In this document: piece by piece, positions 17,501 through 26,281 of the stretch
How positions within the stretch are numbered: position 1 is the stretch's first letter
Layout: each line of letters opens with the position of its first letter
Source: Chloroflexota bacterium
GTDB lineage: Bacteria; Chloroflexota; Limnocylindria; Limnocylindrales; Limnocylindraceae
Direction of reading: 5' to 3'
Length of the DNA stretch: 33,080 bases
NCBI GenBank assembly: GCA_041177405.1
Contig: JBEDBF010000004.1
Coordinates: forward strand, 1-33,080
Program-made: the position numbers and the translations under genes
The notes under the pieces: model-generated
Seen by the model: the letters and a program-made list of their open reading frames with translations, nothing else
What the model was told of the DNA's origin: nothing
Databases searched by the model: none

Positions 17501-17932
17501 TTACGCCAGGCTCGGCCCCATCCGCCGCAGCAGGTCCATGATGCGCAGTTCTAAGTCGTCACGCACGTCGCGATAGACCTGAAGCTGCTGCTCCTCACTC
17601 CCCGTCGCCTTCGACGGATCTGGGAGCGACCAGTGCTCGCGAGCGCCAGCGTTTGGGAAGGTTGGGCAGGCGTCGTTCGCGGCGTCACAGACGGTGATCA
17701 CGTAATCGAACTGCTGATCAATGAAGCGATCAAGCGTCTTGCTGGTCTGGCTTGAGGCATCGATCCCGATCTCCTCTAACGCCTTCAGCGCGAGCGGCCG
17801 CACCAGCGTCTTCTCAGTCCCCGCGCTCTCCACCTCCACGCGCCCGCGAGAGCGTGAGCGAAGCAGCGCCTCGGCCATCTGTGAACGCGCAGAATTGTGC
17901 GTGCAGAGGAAGAGTACGCGAGGTGTTGCCAT
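17501..17932 (-). CDS. arsC: Thioredoxin-type arsenate reductase ArsC / LMW-PTP family
   Basis: P-loop CTHNSARSQMAE, resolving cysteines VITVCDAANDACP and HWSLPDP. No other ars genes are adjacent. Confidence 0.85.
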   Translation of the reverse strand: MATPRVLFLCTHNSARSQMAEALLRSRSRGRVEVESAGTEKTLVRPLALKALEEIGIDASSQTSKTLDRFIDQQFDYVITVCDAANDACPTFPNAGAREHWSLPDPSKATGSEEQQLQVYRDVRDDLELRIMDLLRRMGPSLA

Positions 17933-18027
17933 AGCCATAGGATAGCGCCGTGCGTTAACTGTAGATGAACGGGAGTGGATGGACGGTCTCGAATGAACCT
18001 CTGCCGCGGATCGGGGATACTACGCAT

Positions 18028-19008
18028 ATGAAGCGCGTCGTTACAAGAATCCTGCAGGCGCTGCTCATCCTGGCTCTTCTCCCCTTCCTTGTTGACATCC
18101 CCGTACACGCTGAAGCGCAACCCGAAGAGTTGCTCGCCAGTGGCGCCGCCCCGAACGCTGCGGTTGTCACCGTTGACGGTCGCCGTACCGTTGTCGCAAC
18201 GTCAGGAGACAGCGGCGACCCGGCGCTCATCCTGATTCACGGGTTTGGTGGAAGCACGTTTGGTTGGCGCCACGTGTTGGAGCCGCTCGCAGCAAGTGGC
18301 TGGCACGTGGTGGCGCTTGATCTTCCCGGCTTCGGCCTGGCTGAAAAGAGCTGGAGTGGCGCATATGATCACGCGTCTCAGGCGCGATACGTTCTTGCGC
18401 TGATGGATCAGATGAAGATCGGCGAGGCGGTGCTCGCAGGGCACAGCATGGGCGGCAATGTGGTCTCCTGGGTCGCCGCCCTCGCACCGGAACGCGTTCG
18501 CGGCCTCGCACTCATTGATGCCGCGATTGCGTCGCCCGCCGTAAGTCGCAACAGCGCAGCACGCACTGCACTGAGCCTGCCGCCACTTCGGCGCGCCGCA
18601 CGCATCCTTATCCGCAGCGCGTTCTCCGAAGCAACGTTCGGTGAACTGCTCGGTTCCGCGTTCGCGGTGAAGAGCGCCGCAACACCAGAAACGGTCCGCG
18701 GCTATGCCGCCGCCTCTCGACTCCCTGAATGGGACGCTGCACTGCTCGGTATCGTCCGAGATGCTGGCTCCAACTCGCTTCCATCACCAATTGCAGAGAT
18801 TGTCGGTCGCGCGGGCGCGCCGATCCCAACGCTGATTCTCTGGGGTGCTGAAGACAGTTGGGTGCCTCTTTCCGCGGGTGAGGCACTGCGCGACGCGCTA
18901 CCCGCTGCCACGTACGTGGTGCTGCCGGGGCTCGGCCATGTGCCGTTTGAAGAGGATCCTGCCGCGTTCACTGGTGCGATCAAGATCTGGCTCGCCACGC
19001 TGCAGTAG
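18028..19008 (+). CDS. Alpha/beta hydrolase with N-terminal signal/anchor
   Basis: LIHGFGG, DLPGFG, nucleophile GHSMGG, WGAED and GHVPFEE. Hydrophobic N-terminus MKRVVTRILQALLILALL. Confidence 0.9.
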   Translation: MKRVVTRILQALLILALLPFLVDIPVHAEAQPEELLASGAAPNAAVVTVDGRRTVVATSGDSGDPALILIHGFGGSTFGWRHVLEPLAASGWHVVALDLPGFGLAEKSWSGAYDHASQARYVLALMDQMKIGEAVLAGHSMGGNVVSWVAALAPERVRGLALIDAAIASPAVSRNSAARTALSLPPLRRAARILIRSAFSEATFGELLGSAFAVKSAATPETVRGYAAASRLPEWDAALLGIVRDAGSNSLPSPIAEIVGRAGAPIPTLILWGAEDSWVPLSAGEALRDALPAATYVVLPGLGHVPFEEDPAAFTGAIKIWLATLQ

Positions 19009-19032
19009 CGCGCGTGTCGCGCTCAGGGAGGT

Positions 19033-19107
19033 TGGCTGGCGCGCTAGGATTCGAACCTAGGATCCCCTGCTCCAGAGGCAGGTGCCTTACCGCTTGGCCA
19101 CGCGCCA
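19033..19107 (-). tRNA. tRNA-Gln (CTG)
   Basis: Minus strand reads TGGCGCGTGGCCAAGCGGTAAGGCA-CCTGC-CT-CTG-GA-GCAGG-GGATCCTAGGTTCGAATCCTAGCGCGCCAGCCA. Full cloverleaf with encoded CCA. Confidence 0.96.
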
Positions 19108-19177
19108 ACGGCTGTGATCGTAGCGCAGCAGGCGCCCCTCGTCAGTCGCGCGAGCCCGAACACGGCAAGATAGGCGC

Positions 19178-21190
19178 ATGAGTGCGACAAAGCGGACCCA
19201 GAGAGATCACGCGCTCCTATCCCCCGCCGAGCGACGAACCCTCGCCGCGCTTGCTGAAGGCTTCGTCCCTGGTGGTGGCGCGCCGCGTGCCGAGGCGGCA
19301 GAGCGCGCCTTTGCAACGGTCGTAGATCCAGAGCTTGTCAGTCAATTGCGACTTGTGCTGCGCCTGATCGAGCGTCCGGTTGCTAGCCTGCTGATCGGCG
19401 GCCGTGCGGCAACATTCAGCAGCCTTCGCGGCGATGAGCGAGATGCCTACCTTCAGCACTGGGTGCAGCATCGCGTTCCCCTACTCCGTAGTGCCGCCTC
19501 CGCACTGCGAAAGCTACTCTGTTTCCTGGCGTATGCCGATGCCGACGAACCGGGTGATGCAAGGTTGCGGGCACGCCTCACATCAATCGGCTACAACCCG
19601 AAGCCGAATGCCGCCACGCGCGATTCCTCAAACATTTTCGCATTCGACCCGCAACAGGCGCAGCGCATTGCAGTCGATGTCCTCGTGATCGGTTCTGGCG
19701 CGGGCGGAGGCTCTGTTGCACGCGATCTGGCCCGCGCTGGGAAGCGCGTCATGGTGATTGAGGCTGGCGCGCTGTACAACGAGCGAACGTTCCCAACAAA
19801 GGAGCGAGACGCATACGAGCGCCTCTACCTTGACTCAGGCTTCACCGCCACTGACGACGCGCATATTGCCATCCTCGCGGGCGGTACCGTTGGCGGCGGC
19901 ACCACCGTCAACTGGATGACCTCAATCCCGGTCCCCGATCGCGTCCGAGATGAGTGGGAGGAGCAGCACGGCGTTGAGGGGGCTGCATCGGCAGCGTTCA
20001 AGAGAGATTTGGACGAGGTGCTCCGAGAAGTCGGCGCCCAACCGTCCGCAACGATGCCGCCAAAAGATGCAGCGATCATGCGCGGTGCCGAGGCTCGTGG
20101 CTGGAGCGGCGAGAAGATCCAGATGAATCGTGCCGAGTGCGGCGATTGCGGTACCTGTGGCTTTGGCTGCAAACGCGGATCGAAGCAGTCCACCCTCCGC
20201 CTCCACCTCCCCCAAGCGCTCGAAGCTGGCGCCCATCTCATTCCCGACTGCAAGGCTGAGCGACTGATCATCGCGAACGGTGAGGTTCGCGGCGCGATCA
20301 CCACGTATGGGACTCGCGCAGGTGCGCCGCGGACGCTTGAGATCATCGCGCCGCAGGTAGTGGTGAGTGGCGGCGCGCTGCGCACACCGCTCCTCCTACG
20401 TCGTAGCGGTCTTACTCACCCAGCGATCGGCCAGAACCTGCGACTGCATCCAGTCACGCTTGCGGCTGGAATATTCCCAGAGAAGATGGAGATGTGGCGC
20501 GGCACCATGCAGGCGGCGAAGAGTGAGGAGTTCGTTGAGCCAACGGAGGATCGCAACGGCTACATCATCGAAAGTGCGCCAGGACACCCTGGTCTCCTTT
20601 CGCTCGGGATCCCATGGACGAGCCGTGCAGAGCACCAACGCATCATGGGCCTCGCCCCGCACATCGCACCGTTCCTTGCGATCGTCAAAGATGATGGCGG
20701 GGGCAGCGTAAGCGAAACTCGTAACGGTTTTGCGAAGATTTCGTATCGCACCACGCCACGCGACGAACGCACGTTGCGTGCGGCACTCGGCTCCCTCGTC
20801 CGCATAGCCGAGTCTGCTGGGGCGAAGGAGGTGATCGCCGCAGGATCTCCTCCGATTGCGTGGCGACGTCGCGATGGTGTGGAGGCCTTCAGTGAACTTG
20901 AGCGCCAAATCCTCAGTTTTGACTTCTCTCCGAACCGCGGCACCGTCTTCTCGGCGCACCAGATGGGAACCGCGCGCATGGGAAACAATCGTGTTGATCA
21001 CGCCTGCGATCCATACGGACGCGTTCGATCCAGCAACCGCCCACGTGCATCGGACCCGCACGCGGGCATCGTCAAAGGACTCTACGTCGCTGACGGATCG
21101 CTCTTTCCTACCGCCATAGGCGTCAACCCCATGATCACCATCTTCGCGCTGGCAAAACGCGTGGCGCGCACCGTCCTGTCGGACGCGTAG
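19178..21190 (+). CDS. GMC-family FAD oxidoreductase (long-chain fatty alcohol oxidase-like architecture)
   Basis: N-terminal helical domain, then IGSGAGGG, GGTVGGGTTVNW, CGDCGTCGFGC, SAHQMGTARMG and YVADGSLFPTAIGVNPMITI. Confidence 0.9.
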   Translation: MSATKRTQRDHALLSPAERRTLAALAEGFVPGGGAPRAEAAERAFATVVDPELVSQLRLVLRLIERPVASLLIGGRAATFSSLRGDERDAYLQHWVQHRVPLLRSAASALRKLLCFLAYADADEPGDARLRARLTSIGYNPKPNAATRDSSNIFAFDPQQAQRIAVDVLVIGSGAGGGSVARDLARAGKRVMVIEAGALYNERTFPTKERDAYERLYLDSGFTATDDAHIAILAGGTVGGGTTVNWMTSIPVPDRVRDEWEEQHGVEGAASAAFKRDLDEVLREVGAQPSATMPPKDAAIMRGAEARGWSGEKIQMNRAECGDCGTCGFGCKRGSKQSTLRLHLPQALEAGAHLIPDCKAERLIIANGEVRGAITTYGTRAGAPRTLEIIAPQVVVSGGALRTPLLLRRSGLTHPAIGQNLRLHPVTLAAGIFPEKMEMWRGTMQAAKSEEFVEPTEDRNGYIIESAPGHPGLLSLGIPWTSRAEHQRIMGLAPHIAPFLAIVKDDGGGSVSETRNGFAKISYRTTPRDERTLRAALGSLVRIAESAGAKEVIAAGSPPIAWRRRDGVEAFSELERQILSFDFSPNRGTVFSAHQMGTARMGNNRVDHACDPYGRVRSSNRPRASDPHAGIVKGLYVADGSLFPTAIGVNPMITIFALAKRVARTVLSDA

Positions 21191-21212
21191 GGGGTCAGTC
21201 TCTCGGGGGGGT

Positions 21213-21288
21213 TGGAGCGGGAGACGAGGCTCGAACTCGCGACATCTTGCTTGGAAGGCAAGTGCTCTACCAACTGAGCTACTCCCGC
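21213..21288 (-). tRNA. tRNA-Gly (TCC)
   Basis: Minus strand reads GCGGGAGTAGCTCAGTTGGTAGAGCA-CTTGC-CT-TCC-AA-GCAAG-ATGTCGCGAGTTCGAGCCTCGTCTCCCGCTCCA. Confidence 0.96.
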
Positions 21289-22247
21289 GCGCGACCCTCC
21301 GATGCTAGCAGGGGCTGTGCCCCGCGCAAGGTACGTAGCCGGTTGATGCGGTCTGTGAGCGGTGGATGGGTGGCCATAAAGCCAGCGGCGCGGGTCTCGA
21401 AGTGCTTCACCGGGTTCACGATGTAGAAGTGCGCCGTGGCCTTGGTGGCAACCTCAAGGACCTCCTTGTCGCCCGCCAACTTGGCGAGAGCGCGCTCTAG
21501 TCCCTGTGGGTTACGTGTCAGTTCAACACCGGACGCGTCAGCCAGATATTCGCGCTGGCGCGAGACGGCGAGCTGCACCATGCGTGCCGCGATCGGCGCG
21601 AGGATTGCGAGAATGATCGTTAGGAAGAAGACGATGACGTGGAGCCCGCCGCCGCCCTTCTCGTTGTCGCGGCGGCCGCCGCCCCCGAACATGGCAAATC
21701 GGAGGAGCATGTCACTCAGAAGGGCGAGTGAGCCGACGAGTGCGGCCACAAGCAAGCTGTAGCGAATGTCAAAGTTGCGCACGTGTGAGAGCTCATGGGC
21801 GATCACCCCGCTCATCTCTTCTCGGTCGAGCTTCGCCATTAGGCCCCTGGTCACCGCGATGCTCGCATGCTGTGGGTCTCGCCCTGTGGCGAAGGCGTTC
21901 AGCGCGGTGTCGTCAATGACGTAGATCTTTGGTTTCGGGATGTTCGCCGCGATGGAGAGCTCCGCGGTGATGTTGTCTAACTGCAACTCTTCAGCGCCGG
22001 CGCTCGGATCAAGCGGCTTGGCGCCAGCGGCGGCCAGCACGGCGCGGTCGCCACCGAACCATGCACCGAGCGTCAGGACAAATCCAAGGCCAAAGGCGAT
22101 GAGCGAATACGGGAGCGCCCCCTCGATTCCACCGGTGAACGCTACGCCCGCCGCAGTGGCGAGTGCGGCGAAGATGCCGATGACGAGCAGGACGAGCAGC
22201 GCCGACTTTCGCCGGTTCGCCGCCGCAAGATCGTAAAAGGTGGCCAT
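21279..22247 (-). CDS. htpX: Zinc metalloprotease HtpX (M48)
   Basis: NAFATGRDP, AHELSH (HExxH), SRQREYLADA and ATHPP..DRI. Lies downstream of lemA. Confidence 0.95.
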   Translation of the reverse strand: MATFYDLAAANRRKSALLVLLVIGIFAALATAAGVAFTGGIEGALPYSLIAFGLGFVLTLGAWFGGDRAVLAAAGAKPLDPSAGAEELQLDNITAELSIAANIPKPKIYVIDDTALNAFATGRDPQHASIAVTRGLMAKLDREEMSGVIAHELSHVRNFDIRYSLLVAALVGSLALLSDMLLRFAMFGGGGRRDNEKGGGGLHVIVFFLTIILAILAPIAARMVQLAVSRQREYLADASGVELTRNPQGLERALAKLAGDKEVLEVATKATAHFYIVNPVKHFETRAAGFMATHPPLTDRINRLRTLRGAQPLLASEGRARE

Positions 22248-22270
22248 GCCGCTCCCCTACGCCGAGGTGA

Positions 22271-22831
22271 TCAGGAGAGGCTGACCTTCGGGACGGCCTC
22301 CTCGGAGTCCGGCGCGTCGAAGAAGTCGCGCTTCGCAAAGCCGAAGACCCCAGCGAAGAGGAGTCCAGGGAAGCTCTGCACCGAGTTGTTGTAGGAGAGG
22401 ACCGACGTGTTGTAGTGCTGGCGGCTGAAGCCGATCTGGTTCTCCGTGGAGGTGAGCTGCTCCTGCAACTGAATCACATTCTCGTTCGACTTCAGCGTGG
22501 GGTAGGCCTCCACGTTGGCGAAGAGGGTGCGCAGCGAACTCGTCAGCATGTTCTCCGCCTTCGCCTGCGCGGCGGTGTTTCCGGTAGCACCAGCGTTCAC
22601 GGCGGCGGCCCGTGCGGCCGTGACGCTCTCCAGGACGCCCTTCTCGAAGCCCATCTGCCCCTTTACCGCCTCAACAAGGTTCGGGATGAGGTCGTAACGG
22701 CGCTTCAACTGCACCTGGATTTGGCCAAGCGCTTCATCAACGCGGTTGCGTGCGTTGACGAGACCGTTATAGGAGGAGATTACGAGCAGAAGTAGTCCAC
22801 CGACAATTACGAGAGGGAGTAGAAGTTCCAC
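22271..22831 (-). CDS. lemA: LemA family protein
   Basis: N-terminal TM, YNGLV..RN.VDEA..QI.VQLKRRYDLIPNLV, EAYPTLKSN and TENQI..SRQHYN. AAGGAGG RBS. Confidence 0.95.
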   Translation of the reverse strand: MELLLPLVIVGGLLLLVISSYNGLVNARNRVDEALGQIQVQLKRRYDLIPNLVEAVKGQMGFEKGVLESVTAARAAAVNAGATGNTAAQAKAENMLTSSLRTLFANVEAYPTLKSNENVIQLQEQLTSTENQIGFSRQHYNTSVLSYNNSVQSFPGLLFAGVFGFAKRDFFDAPDSEEAVPKVSLS

Positions 22832-22936
22832 GCGTCCTCCTTACTGTGTATGCGCCGCACGAACTGTGCGTTGCACTGATTCTACTCCCCTTATACCTAG
22901 GGGGCGTATTAAGAATCCCGCACAAAATCGAAGCGT

Positions 22937-22967
22937 TTGACGTCCCCCCAGGGGGGAGGCGTAGGCT
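22937..22967 (+). promoter_or_regulatory. Sigma70-type promoter with 19-bp spacer containing a dyad (MerR-like layout)
   Basis: TTGACG (22937-22942), 19 nt, TAGGCT (22962-22967). The spacer contains TCCCCCC-A-GGGGGGA. Confidence 0.5.
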
Positions 22968-23059
22968 GTCTGCAGCAACTGGGTTGAGGCCTCAGCGGTC
23001 TCCCCTGGTGCAGGTGCAGCCCGGCAAACTGGGCCCCTGCGGGAAAGGTCTGGACGTTT

Positions 23060-24433
23060 ATGAACGTATTGTTGGTTGGTACCGGCACGGTTGGAGAGGC
23101 AATCGCCCACCTTGTAAAAGGGCGCAAGTGGCTCGGCAAGATGACCCTCGCCGACTACTCACTCGACCGAGCACGCATCGTGGCGGACGCCGTGGGTGCC
23201 GGCTACGAGGTGGCACAGGTTGACGCGGGGAACGCGCAGCAGCTCAAGGAGCTGATCGTGGCCTCCAAGGCGGATCTTGTGCTCAACGCCGTTGATCCGC
23301 GCTTTGTGCCGGCGATCTTTGATGCGGCGCTCGAGGCTGGCGTCCACTACATCGACATGGCAACGAGCCTCTCAGTGCCAGATAAGCAGAATCCGTACAC
23401 CGTCCCTGGCGAGATGCTCGGCGACTACCAGGTGGCGAAGAACGGCCTCTGGGAGGCGAAGGGGAAGGTCGCACTGATCGGCATGGGGATGGACCCAGGC
23501 CTCTCCAATATCTTCGCCGCGTACGCAAAGAAGTGGACGGTTGATGAGGTGAGCGCCGTGCACATCCGCGACGGCGGCGACCTGCGCATTGAGGGCTACC
23601 CGTTCGCAACCGTCTTCAGTCTCTGGACGGTGATCGAGGAGTGCTTGAATCCGCCGATCGTCTGGCGCAACGGCAAGGTTGAGGTTCGTGCACCGTTCAG
23701 CGAGCCGGAGGACTTCGTCTTCCCCGAAGGCGTCGGTCCAGTGATGTGCGTCAACGTGGAACACGAAGAGGTGGTGCAACTGCCGCGCACCATGAAGGCA
23801 GATCTGATCACCTTCAAGTACGCGCTCGGCGCCGACTTCATTGAGACGCTGCAGCTCCTGCACCGTCTCGGCTTGGACGGCAAGGAGCCGATCAACGTCA
23901 AGGGGACAAAGGTTGCACCACGTGATGTGATCGGCGCACTCTCGCCGGATCCATCGACACTCGGAAAGAACATGGTTGGCCGCGCCATCGTTGGTGCGCT
24001 CGTCAGCGGCACCAAGGATGGTCGACCGCGCGAAACCTTCCACTACCAGGTCTGCGACGCGGCGGAGACGATGGGCCGCTACAACCTGCAGCCGGTTGCA
24101 TGGCAGACGGGCGTCATGCCAATCATGGCCATGGAGCTGATCGCCGAAGGCGTCTGGGGCGGCGCTGGCGTGAAGTCACCAGACGCCTTTGATCCGGATC
24201 CGTTCCTTGATATCTGCGAGGACTACGACGTGACGGTGAAGCTTGAGCACCGCCTCCCCGGTCGCTCCATCCTTCCTCCAACGGCACAACCGCCAACTGG
24301 GGCGCAGTCCGTCACCGTCAAGGGGTCGTCAAGCCCAACCGATGTTGCCTACTCGGCTGCAGCAACCGCGGCGCTCTCCGCTCCTGGCGCCGTGCCAGAG
24401 GGAGATGGGCGACCCGCTCGACCACCGCGCTGA
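23060..24433 (+). CDS. Saccharopine dehydrogenase / carboxy(nor)spermidine dehydrogenase-family oxidoreductase
   Basis: Rossmann motif VGTGTVG, VLNAVDP, HYIDMA, GMGMDPG, WTVIEECLNPP, VEHEEV and AWQTG. Confidence 0.88.
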   Translation: MNVLLVGTGTVGEAIAHLVKGRKWLGKMTLADYSLDRARIVADAVGAGYEVAQVDAGNAQQLKELIVASKADLVLNAVDPRFVPAIFDAALEAGVHYIDMATSLSVPDKQNPYTVPGEMLGDYQVAKNGLWEAKGKVALIGMGMDPGLSNIFAAYAKKWTVDEVSAVHIRDGGDLRIEGYPFATVFSLWTVIEECLNPPIVWRNGKVEVRAPFSEPEDFVFPEGVGPVMCVNVEHEEVVQLPRTMKADLITFKYALGADFIETLQLLHRLGLDGKEPINVKGTKVAPRDVIGALSPDPSTLGKNMVGRAIVGALVSGTKDGRPRETFHYQVCDAAETMGRYNLQPVAWQTGVMPIMAMELIAEGVWGGAGVKSPDAFDPDPFLDICEDYDVTVKLEHRLPGRSILPPTAQPPTGAQSVTVKGSSSPTDVAYSAAATAALSAPGAVPEGDGRPARPPR

Positions 24434-24438
24434 CCGAA

Positions 24439-24457
24439 CGGCGGCGTGACGCCGCCG
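24439..24457. terminator. GC hairpin between convergent genes
   Basis: CGGCGGCG-TGA-CGCCGCCG, 5 nt after the stop at 24433. Confidence 0.55.
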
Positions 24458-24471
24458 CTTGGAGAAGCGAG

Positions 24472-26259
24472 CTAATTTGGCTCGCGCATCAGCCGCTCAA
24501 GGAGCGGGATCGGTGGCGTGCCGTGCTTCAGCATCGCGCGCAGGTGCGCGGGGCGACTGAACCCCGGGGTTGCTGGACGGTTACCTGGAAGTCCGTTGTG
24601 TAGATGCGATCCACCGCTGAGGGCCCCACGGGCGCGATCCTCAAGCTCCCAGCAGCCGACTGAGCCGACGAAGTATGTCGGGAGCTGCGTTGCGGTGAGT
24701 CGCGCGCGAAGGTACTTCGCCTTCGCCTCCGACTCCTCCTGCCACGACTCCCCCACCATCAGGTTGAGCGCCCACGCCTCATCGCGGCCATCTGCATGGA
24801 TCCCCACGTCCAGAAGTGCGTTCGCAACGCAGCGAAGATAGAACTTCCAGTGCACAAGCTCGAGCGCCTGGTCGCCGCCGCCGAACCCCTCATCGAGCAT
24901 CACCTGCGTCACATAGACGGCCCAGCCCTCGGCGAACACCCCGGACCCGAATGCCGCGCGGAGGGGGCGATCCGTCTCATTCGCAGCCGCCAGCTGCAGA
25001 TAGTGGCCAGGGATCGCTTCATGGATTGCGAGAAGGGCGAGCATCCGATCGTTATCTTCGCGGAGCATCGACTCCACCTGTTCCGGCGTGGCGTCATCTG
25101 GAGGAGGTGTCACATAGAAGAAGCTCATCTCCCCCTTGTCGAGCGGGCCCGGAGAGTCAAGGAATGCTCCGCCGTACGCGCGCAAGAAGCGCGGCGTCCA
25201 CGTGATCTGGAGCGGTTCGCTCGGAAGGTCAAGTAGCCCCGTGCGCTTGATGAACGTCTCGCATCGCGCAGTCTCCTGGCGGCACCGATCAAGGAGGTCT
25301 GCCGCCGCAGAGTGCTCGCCCCCGATCGCGTGCAACACCGCGCCAACAAGACGCTGCGGATCGCTCTGCATTCGTGCAGCCTCAGCCTCGCCGATCCAGT
25401 GCGGTGCGATCTCGCGCGCAATGCTGATGATGCGTTCGCGAACCGCAATGAACTCTCGCTCCGCTGCGCGCTGCACCGCAACACGGTCGTGAGAGCCGAA
25501 GAGTGTGTGACGCAGCGCGCGATCGTAGCGGGCGGGACCATAGCGACCCTCGCCTTCACTTCGCGGGAGCACCTCGTCACGAAGGCGTTGCGTAAACCGC
25601 TCCGCCGCGGCTTGGGCGACGTCTGCCGCCTCCCGTAGTTCACCTGCGTAGACCTCCACGCCCATCTCCGCGAGCTCGCCAATCCCCGCCGCCTGCGCGA
25701 TCGCCGTTTCAGTATGCAGTCGACTGATCGGTCGCGGTGGCAACGTCAGTTCGCCACTCGGCGCAACATCACCGACGCGACGCGGCGCGCCGTCATCGGC
25801 GGCAACGCGCATCTCTGGAACGCCAACAAGTGCGCTGATCGCGTCGTCCAGCATCTGTGGGAGCCCGTTCAGCCGTGAGGCAAGATCTTGCGCGCGCCGC
25901 TCTCGACTCCCAAAGGTGCGCGCGATCAGCGGGAAGAGTCCGCCGCCGACGGTCGCAACGGTGTTGAGCGGATCCCACGCAGTGGTGCGAATCTCTGTGC
26001 GCTCGAAGCGGATTGCGGCAAGGGTGGCGAGTGCCAGATCACGATCGGCACGATCATCTCGGTCAAGCTCATCCTCCGACATGCGCTGCAGGCGGGCCGT
26101 CTCCTCATCCACCCATGCGATCACGCGTGCGTCTGCCGCCGGCCCGACCCCATCCCACTCGCCATCGTGGTCGTGGATGCCGGTCGCCGTTGCCGCAACG
26201 GGGTGCAAGGCGGCGAAGCGAGCGAGGAGGCCGGCCGCGTCAAGCCGATCAGAGTTCAT
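24472..26259 (-). CDS. DUF885 family protein (putative metallopeptidase)
   Basis: HP..AT..GIHDHD, AIHEAIPGHYLQ, FAEGWAVY and QLPTYFVG. Confidence 0.9.
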   Translation of the reverse strand: MNSDRLDAAGLLARFAALHPVAATATGIHDHDGEWDGVGPAADARVIAWVDEETARLQRMSEDELDRDDRADRDLALATLAAIRFERTEIRTTAWDPLNTVATVGGGLFPLIARTFGSRERRAQDLASRLNGLPQMLDDAISALVGVPEMRVAADDGAPRRVGDVAPSGELTLPPRPISRLHTETAIAQAAGIGELAEMGVEVYAGELREAADVAQAAAERFTQRLRDEVLPRSEGEGRYGPARYDRALRHTLFGSHDRVAVQRAAEREFIAVRERIISIAREIAPHWIGEAEAARMQSDPQRLVGAVLHAIGGEHSAAADLLDRCRQETARCETFIKRTGLLDLPSEPLQITWTPRFLRAYGGAFLDSPGPLDKGEMSFFYVTPPPDDATPEQVESMLREDNDRMLALLAIHEAIPGHYLQLAAANETDRPLRAAFGSGVFAEGWAVYVTQVMLDEGFGGGDQALELVHWKFYLRCVANALLDVGIHADGRDEAWALNLMVGESWQEESEAKAKYLRARLTATQLPTYFVGSVGCWELEDRARGALSGGSHLHNGLPGNRPATPGFSRPAHLRAMLKHGTPPIPLLERLMREPN

Positions 26260-26281
26260 CGCGGCAGGGTACCATCAGCGC
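26260..26281. promoter_or_regulatory. Bidirectional leaderless promoter with overlapping -10 boxes
   Basis: Plus strand: TACCAT (26270-26275), 6 nt, ATG 26282. Minus strand: TACCCT (26271-26266), 6 nt, ATG 26259. Confidence 0.7.

Noticed and set aside
20135-20170. CGDCGTCGFGC as a ferredoxin or heme c motif
   Set aside because: A Cys cluster here is common in this GMC subfamily, and there is no CxxCH.
19033-21288. GMC gene bracketed by two tRNAs as a possible integrated island
   Set aside because: There is no integrase, no duplicated tRNA 3' end and no evident compositional shift.
25888-26281. Plus-strand ORFs overlapping the DUF885 5' end
   Set aside because: They are shadow frames. Only the part from ATG 26282 looks protein-like.
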